Assembly (NCBI RefSeq): GCF_006345805.1
Contig: NC_042998.1
Location: forward strand, 120,094,001-120,158,000
Source: Octopus sinensis
Taxonomy: Eukaryota
Length of the DNA stretch: 64,000 bases
Direction: 5' to 3'
This document shows positions 1 to 10,699 of this stretch, one piece after another; position 1 is the stretch's first letter, and the number at the start of each line of letters is the position of its first letter. The notes beneath the pieces were generated by a model. It saw only the letters and a list, made by a program, of their open reading frames with translations, did no database searches and was not told where the DNA came from. Both the position numbers and the translations under genes were made by a program.

Positions 1-650
1 ACATCATTCCCTACATTAACCTCTACTCCTATCTCTAATCACTTGTCACTCTTCTCTTACACTCCTATGAACTTCATCCACACCTTCCAATCCTCAGGTC
101 ATGTTCTCGCTTACATTCACCTTATTATTCCTTGACAGTACACTCTGATACTTCATCATGAACATCTTTACCTTCTTCCAGCTACTCACTCCTATCCACT
201 TTTATATAATGTGGGGCAGCCAGCTATCTCTTCTGTAGCAAGATGCTCGTTCTTGTCCTGCTATCATACCTTAACCTCTCTACATCTGGCATAGAGCCAC
301 CTCCTCATCTATTTCAACTCCACTCAGTAAAGAATGTTCCCCCTCCTCCTCCTTTTTCTTCATTTCCTTCTTCTTCTTTGTGTTATCATCCCCCTCCTTC
401 TTTTTGTTCTCCTCCTCCTTCAGATTTTTATTTCTTTGTCTTGCAAACAACTTGATAATGTCATAAGTGCCTGTGTCACGAAAACAGCACTCAATACACT
501 CTGTAAAGTGGTTGGTTTTAGGAAAGGCATCCAAACATAGAAACCATGCCAAAACAGACATTAGAACTTTATGCATACTCCATCTCATTGAATCTTGTCA
601 AGCTGCCCGACCTATGACAGTATGGAAGATAGAAGTTAAATTATAATGAT
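1..650 (+). mobile_element. Non-autonomous retroelement: long CT-rich body plus RTE-type 3' tail (5' end runs off the window)
   Basis: Pyrimidine-rich body with motif TATAATGTGGGGCAGCCAGCTATCTCTTCTGTAGCAAG shared with copies at 24.7, 27.2, 30.7 and 32.7 kb. Ends in GTGGTTGG..AGGAAAGGCATCC..AGAAACCATGCC tail homologous to 54.37-54.50 kb. Confidence 0.6.
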
Positions 651-2659
651 TACACACACATACACACATCTTGATCAATCCCGAAAAGGAAATATTCCCC
701 ACGAAAAAAATTTACAGCTATTGCAAGGTATAAAAATTTGCTTGCTGTAAGTTACTTAACTAAGAAAAACAGGTCCTGCTCTTTCTTTATAGTTTGAATT
801 GGTTAGTAGTGGAGGGGAAGAGCATCCAGCTGTAAAAACAATTGCTCCAATAACAACCATCTTACCCAAGCAAGCATGAAATAATGAATGTAAAACTGTA
901 AAAAAAAAAGATATTTAAACTTATCATGTGATAATTGCCACAGAATCATGATTATCTTTTTTGTTTTTTTCATATTTGTAGCCTTGACAAAACATTTTAT
1001 TCCCCAACTCAAGTGAAATATCTTCTTCCTTCTGATGTAAACTAGTTTATCAGTTTGATGTTGAATCTCAACTGGTTCTTCTGCTTTATTTCTATTCACT
1101 TCACTAGATATTCTATCTACACCAGCTTGGTTTTCATTAGATTGGCAAGTTGTAGGAGATTAATCACAACTCTCATCAGGGATTCAGTTAAGGAGCTTAT
1201 TGCTGTGTTATTTCAATGACTCAACATCTTTTATGGCTCACTGGTTAATGGAATTTTAGGTAACCATTCAAGAGTTTCCAGCCTGCTTCATAGTTTCTGC
1301 ATGATTTTAGCAATAGAGCTTGTAATAAATTTATTCTGAATCTAATGCATACTAGCAAAAGTAGCTATAAATTGCCATGAACTGTTGATCTTAACAAAGG
1401 TGTATCCAGTTTAATAAAACACTGTTGTATATTGTTTCAAAACTTATATTTAATGGATGAAAGGAATTAGTTTTCCAATACATTTATAACATTCCAGTGT
1501 CTAATGTGCTGTAACTACAGATATGTACTGAATATTGATAGCATATTTCGCAATATAATTGTGTAAATGACATGATTTAAGCATATTAAATAAGACAGAG
1601 TTACCATTCAAGCATATTAAAAAGAAGACACAATTAAGTAAATGTGATATTAGTTTTATTTCATTTGAAGCAAATTTTGAAGAAAATATATTCTTTTGTT
1701 TTTGAAATTCTTTCTTTAAAGAATCAGAAAATGAGTTAAAATCAAAGTATCAGGAGGTAAATTACCCATGAAATAAAGTCATTCTTATAATATGTGGAAA
1801 CCAGAATGCCTAGAGGAAGCCCATAAATTCAAATATTGGAACTGCAATACATACTATGATTACTGCTTAGATATTTACTAACATAGCCAAATGCACCAAC
1901 ATATATTTGAATTCTTATCACACACACACATACATGTGTGTGTGTGTGTGTGTTTGAGGTTAAAGTATCTAATAGTCAGGGACCTACAATTGGTAACCAC
2001 GTAAACTAGTACAAACTATTGCATGGTTATGTTGACAATGACAAAACCAACAGCACCACCAAGTTTTCTGGGTGAGGAGGGTAACTTTTGGACAGCCTGT
2101 GGGATGAAAAACAAAACCTGTCAAAATGTGGATAAACTCAAAAGGGTCATCAACCATCCATTAGTGTGTATGTATGCATATTTATCTATATTTAATTGTG
2201 TATGGAAATCCAGCTAGGAGAAAGACACTCTTGCTTGAAACCTGCAGCGTGTGTAGTCTGGCATTTTGTCTGTTTTGCCTGTAACCAGTTTGACTGCAAA
2301 CATTTACAGAGTGGTACTGATGTTACAAAAACATTCTAGACCTTTTATTGTGGGAGTTGGAGTATTATGTGCAACTGCAATAATGAAATACCACCACTTT
2401 TGAAGCTTCTTTGCTTCATAGGGACTAAAGATCTGCTATAGGTGGGAGCAGGTGTAATTTTCTAGTTGCCCACATATTTGCACCCTTCAGTGAAGTGTTA
2501 TCAGTGTCTAGGAGATAGAGTCATGGTCTTGTCATACTGTTCTAATTTTGACACTATAGGAGCAAATGACAAGAAGGTACTACGTCTGTGATTTTAGTAC
2601 AGAAGGTATCATGCTCAAGGAGTTAGAAGGCACCATGTTTGTATGTATGCATGCCCATA

Positions 2660-3295
2660 AGGGAAATCATGCCCCCATGATCCCGGACCACGGGGGGAGA
2701 ATAAAAGATCAAATAGGAACGGAAGAAAACGAAATGGACTTGGACAGGAAATGGACAATGAGAAAGGAAGCGGTAAAGGAATGGTAGATGAGGAATTCAG
2801 CTGCTGCAGAAAGGTGTTTGCTAGTTACATCGGGCTGAGAATCCACCAAGGGAAGGTGCGACAGAAGAAAGTAATTCAACAATGCGGGTTGATAAACCAT
2901 AAGACATGAGGCCAAAACCTCCTGGAAAATAACCAGAGTGAGGTTCATTCCACAGTTGAATTGGAACAGTCAAAAAGAGTGATAGGTGTGAAGAGGACAA
3001 AGATTAAGTGGCTAAAGCAAATGACGCAGTGAGTTATAAAGAATTTGACAATGAGGTAGCCCGCTGACACTCGACGCTACATCGAAGAGGCTAGGGAACA
3101 GAAGAAAGAAGTAGAAAGAAGACATGCACCCAACATCAGAGCTGAAGACACCTCTGAAAGGGGAGCACCGCCATGTCAAAATGGTAGAGGAGTAGGGGCC
3201 GAAACCGGACGTGGTTCCTCTTGATGATGTCTTGAGTTAAATGGATCCTATAAAGGAGCTGTTGTGGCAGCAGACCACAAAACATGGTTGAAATT
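2660..3295 (+). mobile_element. Internally deleted HERO-like (restriction-like-endonuclease clade) non-LTR retrotransposon remnant
   Basis: Plus-strand translation gives FSCCRKVFASYIGLRIHQGKV (N-terminal zinc-finger motif) and, after a frameshift, KRTKIKWPKANDAVSYKEFDNEV, both resembling HERO N-termini as I recall them. It is joined to a 3'UTR-like segment containing GAAAC..TGATGA. No RT is left. Confidence 0.6.
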
Positions 3296-4655
3296 CCCTG
3301 TATGCGCGCGCGTGTGTGTGTATATATATATATACATATATATACATGTGCGTGTAATATGCATTTTTATGTATATATGTATATGTATACCTGAATATAT
3401 GCATGAATATATTTATTTGTTATATATGTGCATGTGTGTACATGCATGTATGTCTATGATTCTCTCTCTTTCTGTGTGTGTGTGTGTGTGTGTATGGATG
3501 GATGTATTTATGTATGTATGTGAATGTATGTGTATGAGAGCATATATAAATGTGGATGTGTGTGTTTGTCAATTTTGTTACTTTTTAAAAGTATTTACTC
3601 ACTGAGTTTAATTAAATTGCTAAATAGCTTTGTAAATTATTTTCTCATTAATTTGTCCCTATTTAAAATACTTTAATTAAAACAGAACTTGGTCTCAGAT
3701 TCTTAAGAATAAAAGTGAAAAAACATCAAATAATACAAATAGCAAGAGTATCATTTATTATTATAGAATTACTTTATTCCAGAATAGATCTGAACATTTC
3801 CATTGCAAAATTCAAATAAAATATTTTATAAATCTGAAAATGATAAGGAAATTTTGAAGGCATTTGCTCAGCAAAGACAACAGATAAAGAACATGTACCA
3901 AGAGGTCTGTGAACACATGACAGTTATTGTGTTCAATTCCAGTTGAGATTCCTTTTGTTCTTCATTCTTATGAAGTATGTAAACTGAGTAGAATAGTAGT
4001 GAGCCAGCAGAAATAGTAGAATGTTACACTACTTTACAGTATGTAACCTTAGCCCTGCCTATAGTAATGTAATATCCTAGTATATTAGTGCATGCTTATA
4101 TTCTTCTGAGGCTGTTAAATTGAGTACCAGTAATATACTATGATCAATCTTGTTAAAATTGTTAGAACATCAGAGAAGATGTCTATGGGATTTAGTTACC
4201 AAACTTCATGAGTCAACTTTTCAACTTTCTGTTTCATCCTTCCAGGGTCAAAGAAATACAAACCAGTCAAATACTGGTATTGAATCATTAATATTTTTAT
4301 AATGTGTCATAGATGTAATTATAATTATAATAGAAGACTAAGACGAGAAGGTTATTCTCTTTCCCTTTAGTTAGAATTATGTTGCAGTACCCAACTCTCT
4401 GAATTACCTCCTCTTTCCACCATGTTTTTTTTTTCTCTTGTAGATGTCAATTTAAGGATGTTATAATTAAACACAAGCCACATCATATTTACAAATACTA
4501 TCATGGGTGCTGTCTCTCCTCTAACTGAAAAAAAAAAATTGTAATCCTACATCAGTAATGAATTAATATTTGATTTACTATAACCACATGCCAATCAAAC
4601 CCTTATGAGACAATTTGCATGCTGAAAACTGGAAGAAGCCTGCCATACATATAGT

Positions 4656-5118
4656 CACAAGCTTAGGTGTGTGGTTAAGAAGCTTGCTTCTCAACCATGT
4701 GGTCTTGGGTTTTGTCCCTCTTTGTGGCACCTTTGGCAAGTATCTTCTACAATAGCCTCAAGTCAAGCAAAGCCTTGTGAGTGGGTATGACAGAAAGAAA
4801 CTGAGAAGCTTGTTGTAAAAATATGTATGTGTGTATATGTGTTTGTGTGAGTGTGTGTGTGCACCTTTATGTCTGTCTTTGTCTTGACATTATGTGATGA
4901 TTATATATATATAAAAAAAAGCATGTGTTATACAAGTGGTGTTGTTCATTTCTGGTCTTTAATGAAAAAAAATGCCTGGTCATGAGGAAATATTACTTTG
5001 CTTGGAAACAGGTATGGGTTGGTGACAGGAAGGGCATCCAACTGTAGAAAATCAGTTCTCAACAAATTCCATTTGTCCCATGCAATGAAGTGATGTTAAA
5101 TGAAGGTGATGATGATGA
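4656..5118 (+). mobile_element. tRNA-derived SINE, head 1 + (TG/TA)n linker + RTE-type tail (tail A)
   Basis: Head GTGTGGTTAAGAAGCTTGCTTCTCAACCATGTGG, body GGCAAGTATCTTCTACAATAGCC..GAAACTGAGAAGC, tail GGAAGGGCATCCAACTGTAGAAAA..GTTAAA(GAT)n; CpG-decayed. Confidence 0.8.
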
Positions 5119-5189
5119 TATATATAAAGTGGGGTGTATGTGTGTGTGCATGGGCAACTGTGTGCTTTTGTGTAGGCATGTACATATGT

Positions 5190-5249
5190 GTGTTTGTGTG
5201 TGTGTGTGCACACATGTTTGTGTGTATGCATGTGTGTTTGTTTGTGTGT

Positions 5250-5312
<63 letters not shown>
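5190..5312. repeat. (TG)n microsatellite
   Basis: Long pure TG run with an interrupted 5' part; it explains the poly-VC/HT ORFs in the track. Confidence 0.97.
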
Positions 5313-5313
<1 letters not shown>

Positions 5314-5614
5314 ATGCATTTACTTTTGCTCTTCTGCAAAATTTGCTCAGCTATGGGTGATGCTGTTATTTTCTCTTTTAGTGGATCATTTGCTGGCTAC
5401 GTAAGCTTGAAGACTCATGGAATAAGATATTGCTAACTTGGAAAACAAATACATGACATAAAAGGCATCCAGCTGTAAAACAATACCTTGATAATATATT
5501 TTGTCTAACCCATGATAGCAAAGAAAATGTATGTAAAAACAAACAAGCGAAAGAGCATTGGTTAAAAACAGTGGAGTGTGAGAAGAAATGCCTTCCAGTA
5601 AATAGTTATATACC

Positions 5615-6080
5615 TTTATATTTTGAGTTCAAAGCACACTAGGGTTAGCATTGTCTTTCAATTTTCATAGTTGCTTACAAGTCAAAGCCTCTACATGGTC
5701 ACTTAATCGGCTAGAAATTGCAGCCAAACTTTCCTCTTATCATACACTACCAAAGAAAGTGATATCAGACACTACGAAAGAAAGCAAATAGTGTATGTAG
5801 TTTTTTAATGCACTATATCTGAAAAAAAGATCAGCTTACTCATTGATCAGAGACTAAACAGCAACAACAACAATCCTAAACTGGTAAAATAAGTACCAGT
5901 TGTTTTTACTGTAAGCCTACATTCAAAGGAATTTCAGCCATGATCATCCTGCCATCGTTTTCATGTATATAAGGCTACATTATTGAATGTCTTAATTGTT
6001 AATATAATATGTTGTGATTTGTGGGAGATTTCAGTGCTATTACTAGCAGGTTAAACAATCACAAAGAGCTCCCTCTTTAG
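5615..6080. mobile_element. Two opposed copies of a third SINE-like family (CTAGAAATAGCAGCCAAATC core, (CAA)n tail)
   Basis: Core motif recurs at about 15570-15775, 16085-16200, 46245-46440 (+), 46470-46650 (-) and 57880-57965. Confidence 0.55.
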
Positions 6081-6698
6081 CTCAAATGAATACTAGTTGT
6101 ATTTTAGGGTTGTTTCAATTTCATATATTTATCTCCTTCACATGACATTGTATTGTAAAAGCTCATTGCTATATGTGTTTATTTTTAATTTTTTTAATGG
6201 TTTAATCAGTGGAGGAGGAAGTGCAACACCCATGTTTTTTTTCTGAGTTCCCAGGATTGGTGATAGAAAAGGGAGGAAGAAACCAAAGTGCATGGGTCAT
6301 TGTAGATGGAAACAGTGCATCAAGATATTGATTTATTCTAACACTGGAAACTTTGTTCAAAATCTTACAGAAAGGCCAAAAGGTGATGTTAATCTGGGAG
6401 TGAACTGAGTTAAAATGTATTTTCTTTTGAAAGACTTAAGAAATAATTTTAATTATGAAGTAGACTCAAAAAGGATAATGGACTGGCAGAATCATTAGAG
6501 TGCCAAACAAAATGCTTTATGGTATTTGTTCTACCAAATCCATTTCCAAGCCATTGGTGAAGCCATAGATGAAGACACATACCCAAAGTATTAAAAAAGG
6601 CAGTACTTCCTGGGTCAGAACATCTCTCACCATAATCTTGCTAGGTCAGGGTAGTCATGAAATTAAACAACAAGAACAGAAACAAGTTCATCAATGTA

Positions 6699-6910
6699 TG
6701 GTGGGGTGCTAAAAAGTTCCCAGCTTTGGGTAAAAAAAAATACAGGAGCATCACTTAAGATTTTATTCAACATATTCCCCGCTCAGATTCACACACTTAT
6801 TGTAGCAGTCCTTCATTTTTTCTAAGCCCTGTAAAAGAACTCAGAAGGTGGGCCTCCAACCAGGCCTTTTGTGATACCCTTAAAACCAGAAACTTTGTTG
6901 CACTCCCTTG
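6699..6910. mobile_element. Mariner-type MITE, 212 bp, TA flanks
   Basis: Left TA|TGGTGGGGTGCTAAAAAGTTCCCAGC matches the reverse complement of the right end TA|CAAGGGAGTGCAACAAAGTTTCTGGT (decayed TIRs). Confidence 0.6.
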
Positions 6911-8437
6911 TACATAGTTGGGAAGAAGTGTTAGGGGTTCGTTATGGTTAAATGTGAAGAAAAAAGAAATAGGCAAGGGTAGAAGTGAACTAGGAGAATG
7001 TGAGACATTCATTTATACCTATGGGCAAAGAAAAGCACTCATGTAAAGATTAAGTTTTTCTCTTTGTGTTTATAAGTGAAGGTAGGGTGATGGTGTAAAG
7101 ACAGCAATATTCTATGAAATTATAAATGCATCTATTCTATGTCTGAAAATTAAAGATGGAATAGACATTCATGGAATGAATTTGAGCAAAGCTCATCATC
7201 ATCATCATCATCATCATCATCAACAACAACAACAACAATAGCAACAGCAGCATTAGCAACAACAACATTATGGTAGCCTCAAACTATACATTGATCAAAT
7301 GTACCGTAAATAAAATAACTGAAGATAAAGCTAATTGCCCAGCCAATTGTTAATAAGATATTACAATCGAATGTCATAATGGAAATGTTGACTCCGTACT
7401 TAAATATAACTCACATCCAGCTGGAAATTTCCAGTTAATTATTATACCAATAACAGGAGAGGATAGCTATTGACTCACTCTTATTATCAGCAAATGGCTA
7501 AACATCTATACAGAACACTTTAAGGACATATTATTAAATAACATTAAAATGATCAAAGTGGGTTTTATGAGACAGTCACAGAAAGGACAAATGTGATGAA
7601 AGCCTGTGATTTAAAATGTATGCCTGTTAGGTTAATCCTAGTCAGGAGTAAATAAAAATACAAAACTTTAGGGTTCATAATTCTATTTTTACCAGACTAG
7701 TAATAACTCATCTCTCTCTCTCTCTTTCTCAATGTATGCATATTAATATGTGTGTGCACACACACACACACACAAACAGTGAGAGAGAGAGAGAGAGAGA
7801 GAGAGGAGGGGAGAGAGTGTGTGTCTGAGAGAGATTTGTTTATGTTTGAAGAGTTATTTGTAGTCTGAAATGCATACATACATAAAACATATAAATCTGC
7901 ACACATACTTACATATACACACACACACACATACATACACACACACAAACAAACAAACAAACAAAAATACCCTGTTGATGTTGAAATTCTAATAAAGTAG
8001 CCATGGATCTAGGTTAGAAACCGGCTCTTTCTCTTTTGACAAAAATCTCAAAATTAAACTGAATAATGATATACATACATACATACTTACATAAGCATAC
8101 ACAAACATACATTCATACATACACGTAGGTGTGTGTGTTTGTGTATGTGTATAGGTATATCACCTTTTTACATAATCATTTTATATCATCTTCTTTCCAT
8201 GGTGGTATGGGTTGGATGGGTCACATTGTTCAAATCGTTTCTTATTGGAATTTGCTGCTCCCATGTGTGTTCATACATGTCATCTGACTTGGTTCCTATG
8301 GCTGAATATCTTTCCACTTACCAACCACTCACTTTATAGGATGTAGTGGGTGCTTTTTCCGATATATATATATATATATATAATATATATATATATATAT
8401 AATATATATATATATATAATATATATATATATATGTA

Positions 8438-8610
8438 TTCACAAAAGTAAAACAAAAGAAAAAGATAGGTGGTGTAGACAACAAACAGATGTATTAGTTT
8501 AACACTTGGGAAGTGAAAAAGTCTTTAATGTTTCGAGCCTACGCTCTTCTACAGAAAGAAACAAGGAGAGAAAATAAAGAATGTGTAGTGGCTAGCAATC
8601 TATCATGGTG
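8438..8610 (-). mobile_element. Penelope-associated-type short repeat, copy 1 (embedded in (TA)n)
   Basis: Homologous to 9361-9548. Carries the GTTTCGAGCCTACGCTCTTC motif typical of Penelope-like termini. Confidence 0.6.
8522..8559 (-). ncRNA. Minimal type I hammerhead-ribozyme-like motif (variant core, degenerate)
   Basis: Minus strand reads TCTTT CTGTAGA A GAGC-GTAG-GCTC GAAAC AT T AAAGA: 5-bp stem I, 4-bp stem II, GAAAC. Core position 6 is U not A, and the stem III palindrome ACGT has decayed to ACAT. Confidence 0.5.
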
Positions 8611-8756
8611 AATATATACATATATATATATTTATATATATATATATATATATATAAATATATATATTATATATATATAAGTTGGTTTCACAAACCAACT
8701 TTCTTATCTATATATATATATATACACACACACATACATATATATATATATGTATG

Positions 8757-9293
8757 TATCCATGCCAGTGGCACATAAAAAGCACCATCTGAATGTGGTG
8801 CATTTTCCAATATAAATATATATATGTATATATATTTATATATGTATCCATGCCAGTGGCACATAAAAAGCACCATCTGAACATAGTCAATGCCAGGTCT
8901 GACTGATTGGCTCTTGTGCCAGTGGCATATAAAAAGCACCATCCAAACGTGGATGATGCCAGTACCCTCTGACTCTCATGGCACGTAAAAGGCACCAACT
9001 GAATGTGGCCGATGCCAATCCCCCGGATTGGCTCTCCTGCTAGTGCCATGTAAAAAGCACTATCTGAACGTGATCGATGCCAGGCCTGCCTGACTGGCTC
9101 CTATGCCAGTGGCATGTAAAAAGCACCCACTGCACTCTCGGAGTGGTTGGCATTAGAAAGGGCATCCAGTTGTAGAAGTATTGCCAGATCAGATTGGAGC
9201 TTGGTGCAGCTGCTGGATCTCCAGACCTCAGTCAAGTTGTCCAACCCATGACAGCATGGAAAACGGACGTTAAACGATGATGATGATGATGAT
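8757..9293 (+). mobile_element. 5'-truncated RTE 3'UTR with about six tandem ~60-bp units and (GAT)n tail
   Basis: Repeated (GT/AT)GCCAGTGGCACRTAAAAAGCACC units, then CCCACTGCACTCTCGGAGTGGTTGGC..CCAACCCATGACAGCATGGAAAACGGACGTTAAACGATGATG, matching 54230-54527. Confidence 0.9.
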
Positions 9294-9314
9294 ATATACA
9301 CACACATACATATG

Positions 9315-9360
<46 letters not shown>

Positions 9361-9361
<1 letters not shown>

Positions 9362-9548
9362 CGGGAAGGTTTACGAAAATAAACAAAAGACGAAGGCAGG
9401 TGGAGTACAAACAAACAATTGTATTAGTATGACGCTCAGGAATAGAAATAAAACAAGTCTTTTACGTTTCGAGTCTACGCTCTTCGACAGAGATATACAC
9501 AGAAAAGAAACAAGGAGAGAAAAAAAATGCGTGTAGGAGCTAGCGATC
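9361..9548 (-). mobile_element. Penelope-associated-type short repeat, copy 2
   Basis: Homologous to 8438-8610, flanked by (TA)n and (CA)n. Confidence 0.6.
9458..9490 (-). ncRNA. Minimal type I hammerhead-ribozyme-like motif (variant core; stem I disrupted)
   Basis: Minus strand reads CTGTCGA A GAGC-GTAG-ACTC GAAAC GT A AAAGA, with an ACGT palindromic stem III and a GUA triplet. The 5' strand of stem I is displaced by a ~10-nt insertion relative to copy 1. Confidence 0.5.
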
Positions 9549-9550
9549 CA

Positions 9551-9615
<65 letters not shown>

Positions 9616-10091
9616 TACATAAGTATAAGTGTATATATATATATATATAAAACAAAAATGGATGAAGGCAAATGGGTCATTTGGTATTGCTACAGTTGCT
9701 TCATTAAGCATCTTTATTGTGACATAAGCATAGTCAGGTATGCAGTATGCACAACATCCATAAGATGTTATGCGGCTCTCAACTCATCAGGCTAACCAAA
9801 TAAATAAGTGAGCAGTGACAAGTTAATCAATCAACAAATCATCAACAAGTGAAATTTCTAATCAGAATTACAAACATTTAAGAACTGTTAAGTGTGCGTG
9901 GCAACAGTCTGTCAATGACTGAGGATGGATTGCAGAATGAGATGGTAAATTAAAGAACAGTTAAAGGCATTCCTATTCCAAAGATGTCATTAAGCTAAGC
10001 AACCTTGTTCATAAAGGCTGATGATGACAGAACATGCATGTATACCAGCTGGTAGTGGCAGAACATGCTTGTATATACATATACATATATA

Positions 10092-10318
10092 TATTTCTTT
10101 ACTACCCACAAGGGGCTAAACACAGAGGAGACAAACAAGGACAAACGGATTAAGTCGATTACATCGACCCCAGTACGTAACTGGTACTTAATTTATCGAC
10201 CCCGGAAGGATGAAAGGCAAAGTCGACCTTGGCGGAATTTGAACTCGGAACGTAGCAGCAGACGAAATACGGCAATGCATTTCGCCCGGCGTGCTAACGT
10301 TTCTACCAGCTCGCCGCC
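10092..10318 (-). mobile_element. tRNA-derived SINE, head 2 (octopus OK-like), full length
   Basis: Minus strand GGCGGCGAGCTGGTAGAAACG (A box) .. GAGTTCAAATTCC-like B box .. GTCGACTTTGCCTTTCATCCTTCCGGGGTCGATAAATTAAGTACCAG .. GTGGGTAGTAAAGAAATA; very similar to 17108-17314. Confidence 0.88.
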
Positions 10319-10699
10319 TTCTATATATATGTTAATGTGCACATGTTTATCACATCCAGTGTACTGCATGAGTGCATTCACCTATTCAACAAGCAAAGAG
10401 GTGTGCTTTTTTTACCATTTTGCTTTAAAGACCTATGGAAGTATCAAATTTTATTATTTGTTTTTATCTTTATTTTTTTGTGCTATTTAAAAAAATTTCT
10501 TGTTTAAGTTTTGATTCATTTCCCATTTTCAAATTATTTCATTTCATCATATAATGTAATACACCAATAATACCCAGTGTTTGGATTTGTACATATTTAG
10601 TCTCATATGTATAAACCTGCTACGTGAGTATATGTAGATATATGCATGATTATGTGTGTATTTATGTACAGGTATGTATATATGTGCCAATGACAATGG

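Noticed and set aside
803-1165. Minus-strand ORF with protein-like start (NENQAGVDRISSEVNRNKAEEPVEIQ)
   Set aside because: No convincing splice sites or motif; it runs into an A-tract and an RTE tail. It may be a decayed coding fragment but cannot be assigned.
3195-3233. GAAAC..TGATGA in permuted hammerhead order at the HERO 3' end
   Set aside because: Stem III is plausible, but there is no room for stem I, C3 is displaced and stem II lacks the G-C pair. Worth rechecking only on a family consensus.
4408-4524. 117-nt minus-strand segment with strong acceptor (T10CAG) and donor (GAG|GTAATT)
   Set aside because: Stops in all three frames. It could only be a non-coding or poison exon, and there is no supporting evidence.
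8757-9130. CRISPR-like look of the ~60-bp repeat array
   Set aside because: The intervening sequences are homologous to each other, unit length varies, there are no cas genes, and the array is part of a LINE 3'UTR.
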